Of a stretch of 64,000 bases of DNA, positions 8,211 through 17,737 are shown one piece after another. Within the stretch, counting starts at the first letter, position 1, and each line of letters starts with the position of its first letter. The stretch comes from Campylobacterales bacterium. Its GTDB lineage: Bacteria > Campylobacterota > Campylobacteria > Campylobacterales > Sulfurimonadaceae. Below the pieces are notes generated by a model that had not been told where the DNA came from, ran no database searches, and saw only the letters and a program-made list of their open reading frames with translations. The position numbers and the translations under genes are program-made. The stretch is from NCBI GenBank assembly GCA_026390135.1, contig JAPLGN010000041.1:13969-77968 (forward strand). The letters are read 5' to 3'.

Positions 8211-8238
8211 TTCCAATATAATTTATATTATGTTAATC
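8211..8238 (+). other. dif-like Xer recombination site / prophage attachment junction
   Basis: TTCCAATATAA-TTTATA-TTATGTTAATC; 11-6-11 layout; right arm nearly identical to the canonical XerD arm TTATGTTAAAT. Confidence 0.82.
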
Positions 8239-8362
8239 AAAGTAAGTTCTCTTGACTTTTATTCTATATAACTTCTACTAAGTTTTATCATTTAAAAAAT
8301 CATTAAAAAATCATTTGTCTAATATACAATTATCCAGCACAAAAAACACCAAGGAGTCTATT

Positions 8363-8788
8363 ATGTCAATTGTAAAATACAGCCCGTTAGCTGACTATAT
8401 GAATTTCAACAACAGGTTCAATTCACTATTAAGTGAATTTGATAATCCCGTAAGTGGTTTTACACCTGTTGTAAATACGCGTGAAGGCGAATTTGCTTAC
8501 CACGTAGATGCTGATCTTCCTGGTGTTAAAAAGGAAGACATAAAAGTCAATGTCAAAGGCAATATGATCACTATATCAGGTGAACGGCATGATAAAAAAG
8601 AGACGGATGATAAGGAAGGTTACCATCGTATAGAAACTTCTTTTGGAAAATTCGAACGCAGTTTCACCCTTCCTGAAGGTGTTGATGTTGAAAACATTAC
8701 TGCTTCCAATGAGGATGGCGTATTGGAAGTAATCATTCCTAAACTAAAAAGTGAGACTAAAAAGGTCAAAAAAATCAAAGTAAAATAG
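8363..8788 (+). CDS. Hsp20/alpha-crystallin small heat-shock protein
   Basis: DLPGVKKEDI, FGKFERSFTLP and DGVLEVIIPK motifs; AAGGAG RBS before ATG 8363. Confidence 0.95.
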   Translation: MSIVKYSPLADYMNFNNRFNSLLSEFDNPVSGFTPVVNTREGEFAYHVDADLPGVKKEDIKVNVKGNMITISGERHDKKETDDKEGYHRIETSFGKFERSFTLPEGVDVENITASNEDGVLEVIIPKLKSETKKVKKIKVK

Positions 8789-8919
8789 ACGTACTGTGGG
8801 ATATCTTTTCTTGAGTAATCATGAGAAGATCCTAGAAATGAAAATATTTCTCTGATTAAATAAGTGATTATGAATAAGCGGAGTATTTTGTTTTTAACAA
8901 GTTATTAGGAGCTATAGAT

Positions 8920-10398
8920 ATGGAAAATGTCATTATTGCTGAAAAAGATGATTTGCTCACCTTTGAAAATAACATTATCAGATGGCCAAGTAATGTGCTT
9001 GATGATGTATCTGTTGTTAGCAATGATTTTGTATTTGGCAATAAATATAAAAATTCCATCTTTGAAAATGGTACAGTCATCGGGCGTACCAATGTAGAAC
9101 TCACTTGTGAAATGGCCACAAAACTGGCAGAATCTTTTGGTTCAGTTCTTCCAGTAGGATCTACTGTCTATGTTTCACGAGATTATCATAAAAGTTCGAG
9201 GATGTTAAAGCGTGCCTTTTTAGGTGGACTGCTATCGACTGGAATTAATGTATTTGATTTAAAACTCACCTCCCCTACTGTAATGTGCTTTTGTTTGGCG
9301 AATAACGATCACATTGTTGCAGGAGTCCATTTTGAACAATCATTTGAGTGTCATAGCAGTACGCAAATTACATTTTTCACAGACGAAGGTCTCAATATCG
9401 ATATCAGCAAAGAAAAAGCAATAGAACGTATCTTTTCTAGAGAAAATTTTCTAAGAGTAAACTATATTGATATCGGGGAAATATATGAAAATGGTTATCA
9501 TGTCAATAGCTATGTCAAGAATTTTCTTGAAAGTCTCGATGTTTTAGACATCAAGCATAAAAAATTTCGCCTTGCAATTGATTTGCAGTATGGAACAGCA
9601 GCATCGATTTTTCCAGCTATTTTAAATGAACTCGATGTTGATTCTGTGATACTAAATGCTTATTTTAATGATAAAAAATTACCCAAACTTACCAATCAAC
9701 TCATAAAATCTAAACGAGAACTCTCCGAGATTATCATTGGTATGAAATTAGATTTGGGTCTTTTAATATACCCGGATTTCAAAACATTTGATATCATTTG
9801 TAATAATGGAATTATTTTGGAACGTTACATTGCATTATTAGTCTTTTTGGAGCTTTTAAACCGTGACGGTCATAAAAAAAGAGTGTTATTGCCAGTATGG
9901 GCTCCCGACTTTATTGATCACCGTTTTCAAAATTTACGCATTGATCGCTCAAAAATTAACAATCTAAAAGGTGCTGAACTGCGACAATATGATTTCATCG
10001 CAACAACGACCGGAAACTATGTATTTAGTGAATTTAGTTTCCATTTTGATTCGCTGTTTGCCAGCATGAAGCTGATCGAAATGCTCAGCCGTGAGAGTAG
10101 ATCAATCAGTGAAATTGCAATGAGTTTCGAACCTTTCTATTATTTTGAAACCAAAATAGCATGTGAGAACAGGCTAAAAGGCAAGATGATGCGTAAGTTA
10201 TTGGAAGACAGTCTGGATAAAAAAAACACTAATGGTGACGGAATCAAAATATGGATGAATGAAAAGGATTGGATCGTGATAATTCCTGATCAAAACAGTG
10301 ATGCTCTGCGCCTATACATACAAGCATCTACTGCAAAAGAGGGTCAAAAAATTCTCAAAGAATATACCAAAAAAATAAGACACTGGACAGATGAATAG
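8920..10398 (+). CDS. Phosphoglucomutase/phosphomannomutase-like protein (C-terminal module of M1P-guanylyltransferase/PMM fusions)
   Basis: SRDYHKSSRMLKRAFLGGLLSTG and DGIKI motifs; the catalytic SHNP motif is not seen. Confidence 0.75.
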   Translation: MENVIIAEKDDLLTFENNIIRWPSNVLDDVSVVSNDFVFGNKYKNSIFENGTVIGRTNVELTCEMATKLAESFGSVLPVGSTVYVSRDYHKSSRMLKRAFLGGLLSTGINVFDLKLTSPTVMCFCLANNDHIVAGVHFEQSFECHSSTQITFFTDEGLNIDISKEKAIERIFSRENFLRVNYIDIGEIYENGYHVNSYVKNFLESLDVLDIKHKKFRLAIDLQYGTAASIFPAILNELDVDSVILNAYFNDKKLPKLTNQLIKSKRELSEIIIGMKLDLGLLIYPDFKTFDIICNNGIILERYIALLVFLELLNRDGHKKRVLLPVWAPDFIDHRFQNLRIDRSKINNLKGAELRQYDFIATTTGNYVFSEFSFHFDSLFASMKLIEMLSRESRSISEIAMSFEPFYYFETKIACENRLKGKMMRKLLEDSLDKKNTNGDGIKIWMNEKDWIVIIPDQNSDALRLYIQASTAKEGQKILKEYTKKIRHWTDE

Positions 10399-10594
10399 GC
10401 ATTGGTTATGGGAAATTAATATTCATCTTATTTAAAATTTCTAAAGTCTTAGTGACATCATAAATTGCATTGTAATTTGGTCTCAAAGTCTAGAATAATC
10501 AAGTATGCTCCCTATTCGTATTCATTTTGAAATGACTTTTTAATATTTTTGCTTGAAATTATAGGCATAATAGCAAAAAAAACAGGAGTCACTA

Positions 10595-11005
10595 ATGACA
10601 AAGAAAAAAATAAGCAATATTCTCTTCTATTTTGCGATTGCTGCAATCGCTACCTATTTAGCGTATGCAAAAGGGTGGATACTCACTGATTTTGAATCTA
10701 TCTCTCCTAAGCAAGCCTATGCTCTTTTGAAAAATGATACTAACGTCATTTTACTTGATGTGAGAACACCTGATGAATTTTCATCAGAACACATAGAGGG
10801 AGCAACACTCATCCCGGTACAGGAATTAAGTGAAAATCTTTCGAAGCTTGAAAATGTAAAAGAGAAAAAAATCATCGTCTATTGCCACAGCGGTACACGA
10901 AGTGTTGTAGCTTCACGTATTCTTGTTAAAAATGGGTTTACACCTCTCAATGTTACAGGGGGAATATCTGCATGGAAGGCTGCAGGATTGAGTGTTGTTC
11001 ACTAA
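10595..11005 (+). CDS. Rhodanese-like domain protein with N-terminal TM
   Basis: LDVRTPDEF..EHIEGA; active-site loop YCHSGTRS. Confidence 0.92.
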   Translation: MTKKKISNILFYFAIAAIATYLAYAKGWILTDFESISPKQAYALLKNDTNVILLDVRTPDEFSSEHIEGATLIPVQELSENLSKLENVKEKKIIVYCHSGTRSVVASRILVKNGFTPLNVTGGISAWKAAGLSVVH

Positions 11006-11071
11006 TTGGGTATTATCTCTAAAACAGTGTACAATCCCTTACTCAATACATCAACCAAAGAAGGATATTGT

Positions 11072-11440
11072 ATGCCATTTACTCCTCAACAGCGTCAAAT
11101 AATCAAAGAATCGAGTGAACTTTATCGTCATGAGATAGAGCATATCAACGATTTGATCGATAAAGAGTCTGATAATGATCGATGCGACCAACTCTATTTA
11201 CTTCGTGCAATCGCTACTATTGAGCATGGAAACCGTATCGGATTGTTTACTAATGAAGAGGGAAGTGAAGAATATTTTGAGGCGATGGCAAAAGAAGTAA
11301 ACCTCTATTTCCCGCATAAAAATGACTCTGAGCTATTTGATGACATCAGTGTTTTAGAAGAATATGTGAAAAAATGCTTCTTTGACAATCCTGCTAAAGA
11401 GAAAGATATCCTAGTAAAGATGTTGGGAATATCCCTTTAA
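11072..11440 (+). CDS. Hypothetical protein
   Basis: Acidic helical ORF with AAGGA RBS before ATG 11072. Confidence 0.7.
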   Translation: MPFTPQQRQIIKESSELYRHEIEHINDLIDKESDNDRCDQLYLLRAIATIEHGNRIGLFTNEEGSEEYFEAMAKEVNLYFPHKNDSELFDDISVLEEYVKKCFFDNPAKEKDILVKMLGISL

Positions 11441-11444
11441 AGGT

Positions 11445-12737
11445 TTATACATGAGCCTTCTCAATCGCACACCGTAAAATATCTACCCCATATTTATCTC
11501 GAAGTATTGTCACCTGATCACTAAGACGGCGAGATTTTTCATCGTCCTTCGAGTCAAATAACGAAAATGTTTTTGGCTTAGCAACAGAGGTAAAATTAGA
11601 AGCGGATATTGAAATGCTGTGAATGCCGTAGTGCAGTAGATTGTCAATTTTACTAATCGTCTCTATGGCAATCGTTCTCATCAATGTTTCGCTAAACATT
11701 CTATCAATAGTGGTAGAGACGCTGGATGAAGCACCCCCATTATATTTGATCTTAAAACTGTAAGTTGTTGGACTAACTCCCAATTTTAGTATCGTATGGG
11801 ATAAATGGCGAGTAAGGATGATGACTCTCCGTTTTATTTCCTCTCTGTTCATTGTTGCCCTAAAGTTACGTGATATCCCTATCGATTGGCGATCATGATG
11901 AGGATGGACTAACTCACGATCTGTACCATTGATGCGATGAATTAAGTCACAACCCACTCTACCCCATGATTGAAGCATGTGGGCTGAATTTAGAACCTCT
12001 CCTAATGTTTTTATTTTATAGCTTCCAAGACGTTTAGACAGTGCCTTCCCGATACCGGGGAAACTGTCAATACGCATAGGGGCTACGAAAGTAAGTATTT
12101 CTTCTTTTGGAACAATCGTGATTCCATAAGGTTTATTAAAATCAGTTGCAAGCTTTGCTATCCATTTGGCACTCGATGCCCCGATGGAAATAGGCAAATC
12201 AAATTTTTCTAATATCTCTTTTTGAAGAGCGGCAGCAAATGTATATATCTCTTCATCTTCCACCCACCCGCTTAGATCACCCCAAAACTCATCGATGCTG
12301 TATTGCTCTAATACTGGAATTTTAGTTTGAAGAAACTCACGTAGCCTTCCAGAAAGGATTTGGTAAAATAAATGATCTCCCTGTACTACCACAAGATTCG
12401 GACACATTTTTAAAGCATCACTAAGATGTGTCCCTGTTTTTATTCCAAATGGCTTGCATTCATAGCTTCGAGCTATCACTATGCTATGGACGCTACCCTG
12501 ATTATCAATAAACTCTTTTTTCCAGTCATTGGTATCAAATCCCTTCCACGTGCGTTCATGCTGAAAAAGTGAATTAAACCCACCTGTACGCTCGGTCATA
12601 ACACTTTTAGTATCTTCCGTAGAAAAAATAGCATGATCAGTCCCTTTACAGACGACAACAGGCTTGCCTTTTAGATAAGGGCTTCGGGTTCGTTCAGCTG
12701 AGACAAAATAACAATCTAAATCTAAATGAATGATCAT
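11445..12737 (-). CDS. dinB: Y-family DNA polymerase IV
   Basis: HLDLDCYFVSAE, SIDEF, AKLATDFNKPYG and IMS C-terminal domain. Confidence 0.93.
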   Translation of the reverse strand: MIIHLDLDCYFVSAERTRSPYLKGKPVVVCKGTDHAIFSTEDTKSVMTERTGGFNSLFQHERTWKGFDTNDWKKEFIDNQGSVHSIVIARSYECKPFGIKTGTHLSDALKMCPNLVVVQGDHLFYQILSGRLREFLQTKIPVLEQYSIDEFWGDLSGWVEDEEIYTFAAALQKEILEKFDLPISIGASSAKWIAKLATDFNKPYGITIVPKEEILTFVAPMRIDSFPGIGKALSKRLGSYKIKTLGEVLNSAHMLQSWGRVGCDLIHRINGTDRELVHPHHDRQSIGISRNFRATMNREEIKRRVIILTRHLSHTILKLGVSPTTYSFKIKYNGGASSSVSTTIDRMFSETLMRTIAIETISKIDNLLHYGIHSISISASNFTSVAKPKTFSLFDSKDDEKSRRLSDQVTILRDKYGVDILRCAIEKAHV

Positions 12738-12880
12738 TTCACCCTCACCTTCTGATTTTAGAAGAAGTGTAGTGGGATTTTAAGTAAGAGCTCTAATAGA
12801 TGTCAAAATGACATATAAATTCATTGAAAGCCAGCGTACATGGTATAATCACATTCCAATTTTATATTCAAAGGATTTAT

Positions 12881-13159
12881 ATGAATAAAGCTCAATTTGT
12901 TGAACTGGTTCAAAAATGTGGAGACTACTCAACTAAAACAGCAGCTGATGCTGCAATTACAGCCGTAACAGCTGCCATTACAGAAGCATTGTCTAATAAA
13001 GAAGATGTTCAATTAGTAGGATTTGGTTCATTCAAAACAGCAGTACAAGCTGCTAAAGAGGGGAAAATCCCAGGTACAGATAAGACCTACAGCAAAGCAG
13101 CTACAACCGTGCCTAAGTTTGTTGCAGGTGCAACTCTTAAAGATGCAGTGGCTAAATAA
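12881..13159 (+). CDS. hup: HU DNA-binding protein
   Basis: MNKAQFVE...VQLVGFGSF...PKFVAGATLKDAV. Confidence 0.95.
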   Translation: MNKAQFVELVQKCGDYSTKTAADAAITAVTAAITEALSNKEDVQLVGFGSFKTAVQAAKEGKIPGTDKTYSKAATTVPKFVAGATLKDAVAK

Positions 13160-13179
13160 GTTTTTATTTCTTTTTATCC

Positions 13180-13203
13180 AGCCTCAAACCCAGGTTTGAG
13201 GCT
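13180..13203. terminator. Probable bidirectional intrinsic terminator
   Basis: AGCCTCAAACC-CA-GGTTTGAGGCT hairpin between convergent hup and hydrogenase genes. Confidence 0.7.
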
Positions 13204-13230
13204 ATCATCAAAAAGCTTTCCCTATAAAAC

Positions 13231-14916
13231 CTAACTTGCAGAGATTTTATAACGAGAAAGTTCTCTCCCTTTTGCATCGATCACATGAACCGCACACGCC
13301 AAACATGGATCAAATGAATGAATCACCCGTAATACTTCCAATGGTCGTTCAGAATCTGCAAGCTTTATCCCGATAAGTGATTCCTCATACGCTCCGAGCT
13401 GTCCTGTCGCATCTCGCGGTGATGCATTCCATGTTGTCGGTGCTACAACTTGATAATTAGCAACTTTAGCATCTTCAATTCGGACAAAATGACCCAATAC
13501 ACCTCTGGGAACTTCAAAAATTCCTGCACCTTTGGATGCACTTGGCAGGGTTTCAAAAACATACTTTGTCCATGTTTCTTCATCGTAATATTTGATATTT
13601 TCGATTAAATCACTCATAAAATCAAAAAGATAATCACAGCATATCTGTGCTTCAACAGCACGAGCCGCATTGCGTCCGATAGTTGTAGAAAAATCGATAA
13701 GAGTCATCCCCGTATCTTTCATAAAACGATCCATATAGGGCTTAATCACTTTAGAGTTTTTAACCACGCCCACGATCATTCGAGCGACTGGCCCTACTTC
13801 CATCACTTTTCCGCCATAGCGAGGCGCTTTTACCCAGCTGTATTTCCCCTCACTTTTTAGCGTTCCATCCTCATTCAAATCGGTATAAAACGGGACAGTC
13901 TCCTGATCGTACGGCGAGCTTGGAAGATCATGCTCATACCAAGATCGGGATGCTTCTTCTGTGATTTTAGACGGATCAAATGACTCTATTTCGTCAAAAT
14001 TATGGCCAGTCAGAACACCACTTTCAAAAAGCTGTTCTTTTGAAGCAAATTGATACCCGCCACAGCACATAAAGTTTCCGCTTCCGCGCCCTTCTCCCAT
14101 TTTGATCGATTCTTCATATGCTTTTACCATCATCTTCATGTCAGGTATATACGCACGCTCTAAGAAATCACGTGTCTCTTTAATGAGAAACATAAAATCA
14201 TTGAGCCGTTGAGGATTGAGCATATCAGCAACACTGGTAACACCTCCCACAACAAGATTTTGAGGGTGTGGTGTTTTTCCGGCAAAAATAGCGATGGCTT
14301 TTGAAATATCATGCTGAATTCGAAGTGCTTCAAGATAATGATTCATATGGACCAAATTCTCTTCAGGACTGAGTCGATAGCTGTCATGCCCCCAATAACC
14401 ATTAGCAAAGAGCCCCAACCGCCCTGCTTTGACGAAACTGTTCAGCTTTTCTTTGACACTTTCCAAATGTCCCTCAGAATTTCGATATGGGTGCTCATGA
14501 TACTGCTGCGCAATCTTGACTGCTTTCGAACAATCAGCCGTTAAGGCACTCGTAATATCAACAAAATCAAGTGAATGAAGATGATAATAGTGGATAATAT
14601 GATCTTGTACAAAGAGAGAAAGAGTGACAAGATTACGGATAATCTCGGCATTTTGAGGAATAGTAATCCCATACGCATCCTCAACAGCACTGATTGAAGC
14701 ACGATAATGCACATTGGTACAAACACCGCAAATACGCTGCGCTATAAGCCCTGCATCTCTGGGGTCACGCCCTTTGAGAATAATCTCGATACCGCGAAAC
14801 AGCTGTCCTGATGCCCATGCATCGGTAACAATATTTTCTTCATTAACCTCGACTTCGATGCGCAAATGCCCTTCAATACGAGTGATAGGATCGATAACAA
14901 TTTTACGGTTACTCAT
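13231..14916 (-). CDS. [NiFe]-hydrogenase large subunit (group 1-like motifs)
   Basis: IDPITRIEGH, L1 QRICGVCT, L2 SFDPCLACAVH followed by a cleavable C-terminal extension; start 14916 overlaps the upstream stop. Confidence 0.95.
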   Translation of the reverse strand: MSNRKIVIDPITRIEGHLRIEVEVNEENIVTDAWASGQLFRGIEIILKGRDPRDAGLIAQRICGVCTNVHYRASISAVEDAYGITIPQNAEIIRNLVTLSLFVQDHIIHYYHLHSLDFVDITSALTADCSKAVKIAQQYHEHPYRNSEGHLESVKEKLNSFVKAGRLGLFANGYWGHDSYRLSPEENLVHMNHYLEALRIQHDISKAIAIFAGKTPHPQNLVVGGVTSVADMLNPQRLNDFMFLIKETRDFLERAYIPDMKMMVKAYEESIKMGEGRGSGNFMCCGGYQFASKEQLFESGVLTGHNFDEIESFDPSKITEEASRSWYEHDLPSSPYDQETVPFYTDLNEDGTLKSEGKYSWVKAPRYGGKVMEVGPVARMIVGVVKNSKVIKPYMDRFMKDTGMTLIDFSTTIGRNAARAVEAQICCDYLFDFMSDLIENIKYYDEETWTKYVFETLPSASKGAGIFEVPRGVLGHFVRIEDAKVANYQVVAPTTWNASPRDATGQLGAYEESLIGIKLADSERPLEVLRVIHSFDPCLACAVHVIDAKGRELSRYKISAS

Positions 14917-17335
14917 GCGGTTCCTTTGGGAGTGGTCGATTATTGGCGTACTCATCAAACGCTATTTTACCCGCACCGCAGGCAAAACATCCATGACCTG
15001 CTTGTACCGGCCAGCTGGTTCCCTCATTAAACTTTACCTGCGGGCAGTTCATCTGGGCATATGGTCCTTTGCATCCCATTTGAAACAAACACCACCCTTT
15101 TTTTGCTCCCTCATCCCCCCATTCTAGGACAAATTCACCCAGATCAAAATGTCCGCGCCGTTCGCAGTTATTATGAACCAAAAAGCTATATGCCCATTCG
15201 GGACGATTCTTAGCATCAAGTTTTGGGAATTCCTCAAACATCATAAAATGAAGCAATGTTCCTACAATGTTGATTGGATTAACAGGACATCCGGGGAGAT
15301 TGATGATGTCTTTTCGTCCCAGTGCTTCAGAAACCCCAACAGCTCCGGTTGGGTTAGGTGCAGCAGCTACTACTCCACCATCATACGCACACGATCCAAC
15401 GGCAATTACAGCCGCCGCATCTTTTGCAACCCGTTGGAGCAGTGCATGTCCTGTTTCCCCTTTTGGACCGATACGAAGGAACTTCCCATCAAGCCCAAGA
15501 GGTACGGCTCCCTCGACAATCAAGACGTACCTACCTGAATCATATTTAATAATATTATCAAGTACGTTTTCCGATTCTTCACCGGATCCAGCCATGAGCA
15601 ATTCATGGTAATCGAGCGAAATGTATTTGAGGATCAAATCATCAATTTTCGGATGAGACGATTTGATAAAACCTTCCGAGTTTCCACTGCAATCGGAGAG
15701 TTCCAGCCAAATGATAGGGATTTTATTGAGCTGGGTCACCCCTTCTTTGACGACACCTTCAAAATCGGGATGTAAATGCATTGTAGCTGTGATCATCGAG
15801 ACCCATTGGTTAAATTCACGACTCATATCAAAAGAAGCAATTGCTTCTTCAAGATTTTCAGCACTGAGCTGATTTTTAGGATGTATGGTATTGTATTTAT
15901 TGATCCGTGCGCGAACGCGTTCCAACTCTACTTCTTTGATCTTTATTTCGCGTTGTTCTCTAAGTCGTGCAGCTTCTTCAGGATCGACTGGTGTGGCTGC
16001 AATTAAAGCAGAAATGTCTTGCTTACAACGACCGCACACCCGACCCGCATTAGTATACGGTTTTAGTTCTGCAAACGAAGTGATAGCATTGAACTTGATA
16101 ATTTCAATAAGTTCTTCTTCATAAACGCTCTCACAACTGCAAACCAAACGACCCTTTCCACTATTGAGACGATTTGAGTAAAAGTATGCCGGATCAATTG
16201 TCTCATTTTTTTCCATTAACTTTTTGAGATGGATTAGATCAATATTGGTATTAATACCGATAAAACGCTGGAGACGATCATGGCTGATGATGTATTGATC
16301 GATTCGATTTTTATGGGTGATGAGAATGGTTTCGTTCTCTGAATCTTTAGGATCATAACTTGGGGAACGCACATCAGCAAAAAGAAATGAACCCACTTTT
16401 AGCCCGTCGATAGATACCGTTTGCTCGAAAGTTTTTCTTTCAAGTCCCAGCAATGTGTCAACAGCAACATCAGCTTGCAATGTACACTCTTTTACTCGTC
16501 CGGCGATAAATCCATTTTTACGCAATTGTGCTGCTTCACCGACACAATAAATATCAGGATTAGAGGTACGCATTGTGTCATCTACCAAAATACCTTTGTC
16601 ACAATCGAGCACTTCACGAGCAAAAGAGACATGTGGATCAATACCTGCTCCAAAAATAAGAAAAAGATTATCAATCGTTCTATGACGAGTTTGGATTTCA
16701 GTGATTTCGTCTTTACAAACTTTTTTACTGATTATCTCGTCATTAAAATCGATTCGTATTCGTGGATCCTGTTCAAAAATTCCTCGTAGTAGAGCAATTC
16801 CCTCACGACTTAAATCCGATGAATAAAGATGCTCTTTTCGAGCAAGTAAAGTAATTGATTTTGGATACGGACTTCGCATCAGCGTATCAAGAAGTTCTAG
16901 TCCAATGGGGCCAACTCCCACAATCACAACATTTTTTCCGATTATCCCTTGCTCTATTTTTGCGCACTCTTTTTCACATCGAAACGTTGATGCGTTCTTG
17001 ATTCCCTGAATATCAAAAGGTGCTTTAGGCTGAGAGCCAGTAGCAATAATGAGTTTATCATAGGAAAATGCTGCATGGGAACTTATGATACGTTTGCTTG
17101 AAACATCAATACTTAGTACTGCCTGATTGAGTTCTAAACGTGCTCTTGGATCAAGATCGAGAGTAATGGACTCTACACACTGACTTTTTTCCACAAGTGC
17201 GCAAAGGTGAATCCGATCATACGGAGGATGGGATTCATCTGATACAATCAGCACCTCAGATGCAGGATCTTTTTGCAATACCGTGTTGGCAAGATATACA
17301 GCAGATATTCCACCGCCTACAATCACAATCCGCAT
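14909..17335 (-). CDS. Fusion: FAD/NAD(P)H oxidoreductase + BFD-like [2Fe-2S] + [NiFe]-hydrogenase small subunit
   Basis: GGGISA, ATGS, GVGPIGLE, TSNPDIYCVGE (NirB/rubredoxin-reductase-like); CSC...CGRC (BFD); IIWLELSDCSGNSE, GSCAYDGG, PGCP, HNNCERR, CLFQMGCKGP, GHGCFAC (small subunit). Confidence 0.92.
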   Translation of the reverse strand: MRIVIVGGGISAVYLANTVLQKDPASEVLIVSDESHPPYDRIHLCALVEKSQCVESITLDLDPRARLELNQAVLSIDVSSKRIISSHAAFSYDKLIIATGSQPKAPFDIQGIKNASTFRCEKECAKIEQGIIGKNVVIVGVGPIGLELLDTLMRSPYPKSITLLARKEHLYSSDLSREGIALLRGIFEQDPRIRIDFNDEIISKKVCKDEITEIQTRHRTIDNLFLIFGAGIDPHVSFAREVLDCDKGILVDDTMRTSNPDIYCVGEAAQLRKNGFIAGRVKECTLQADVAVDTLLGLERKTFEQTVSIDGLKVGSFLFADVRSPSYDPKDSENETILITHKNRIDQYIISHDRLQRFIGINTNIDLIHLKKLMEKNETIDPAYFYSNRLNSGKGRLVCSCESVYEEELIEIIKFNAITSFAELKPYTNAGRVCGRCKQDISALIAATPVDPEEAARLREQREIKIKEVELERVRARINKYNTIHPKNQLSAENLEEAIASFDMSREFNQWVSMITATMHLHPDFEGVVKEGVTQLNKIPIIWLELSDCSGNSEGFIKSSHPKIDDLILKYISLDYHELLMAGSGEESENVLDNIIKYDSGRYVLIVEGAVPLGLDGKFLRIGPKGETGHALLQRVAKDAAAVIAVGSCAYDGGVVAAAPNPTGAVGVSEALGRKDIINLPGCPVNPINIVGTLLHFMMFEEFPKLDAKNRPEWAYSFLVHNNCERRGHFDLGEFVLEWGDEGAKKGWCLFQMGCKGPYAQMNCPQVKFNEGTSWPVQAGHGCFACGAGKIAFDEYANNRPLPKEPHE

Positions 17336-17423
17336 TCTTTATCCTTGTTGTGAACTCTTCAGTATTATGCCACATCAATGATAAGTCACGATAAAATAAA
17401 CACCAATAAGTTATACTTTCAGT

Positions 17424-17630
17424 ATGGAATCAACTAAAGAGCAACTTATCAATGATATTCAAAATTTACTGAACCGTTACGACGGATTAAAACCAACAAC
17501 AATAAATCCAAATCTTTTGCAATTTATGGATAAACCAACTCTTCTGCAAATCATTAACTCCGTGTTAAAGCAGCAAGAAAATGCAAATGAAGATAATATT
17601 GAATGGTTACAACAATTTAAAACGACATAA
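17424..17630 (+). CDS. Small hypothetical protein
   Basis: 68 aa ORF filling the gap; plausible helical protein. Confidence 0.6.
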   Translation: MESTKEQLINDIQNLLNRYDGLKPTTINPNLLQFMDKPTLLQIINSVLKQQENANEDNIEWLQQFKTT

Positions 17631-17737
17631 TCTCATTTCTTAAAGTTGTTAATAACTGTTTTTGTATATAATTGCACTGTAAAATACAATGACATTTTTT
17701 AACATGTTGTTGAACACCATATTTAGGAGCCTTATTT

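Larger units (their letters stand above)
1..8238 (-). mobile_element. Filamentous (Inoviridae-like) prophage, left end outside window
   Basis: Co-oriented, tightly coupled cluster of small coat-like genes, pIII-like adhesin, pVI-like, Zot/pI ATPase, secretin and Rep. No integrase in the window. Bounded on the right by a dif-like site. Confidence 0.92.

Noticed and set aside
8290-8315. Tandem TTAAAAAATCA repeat upstream of hsp20 as an operator
   Set aside because: Low-complexity AT sequence; no clear HAIR or CIRCE inverted repeat.
11445-12737. DinB as part of a prophage mutagenesis cassette
   Set aside because: It lies outside the dif boundary and has no imuA/imuB/umuD partner adjacent.
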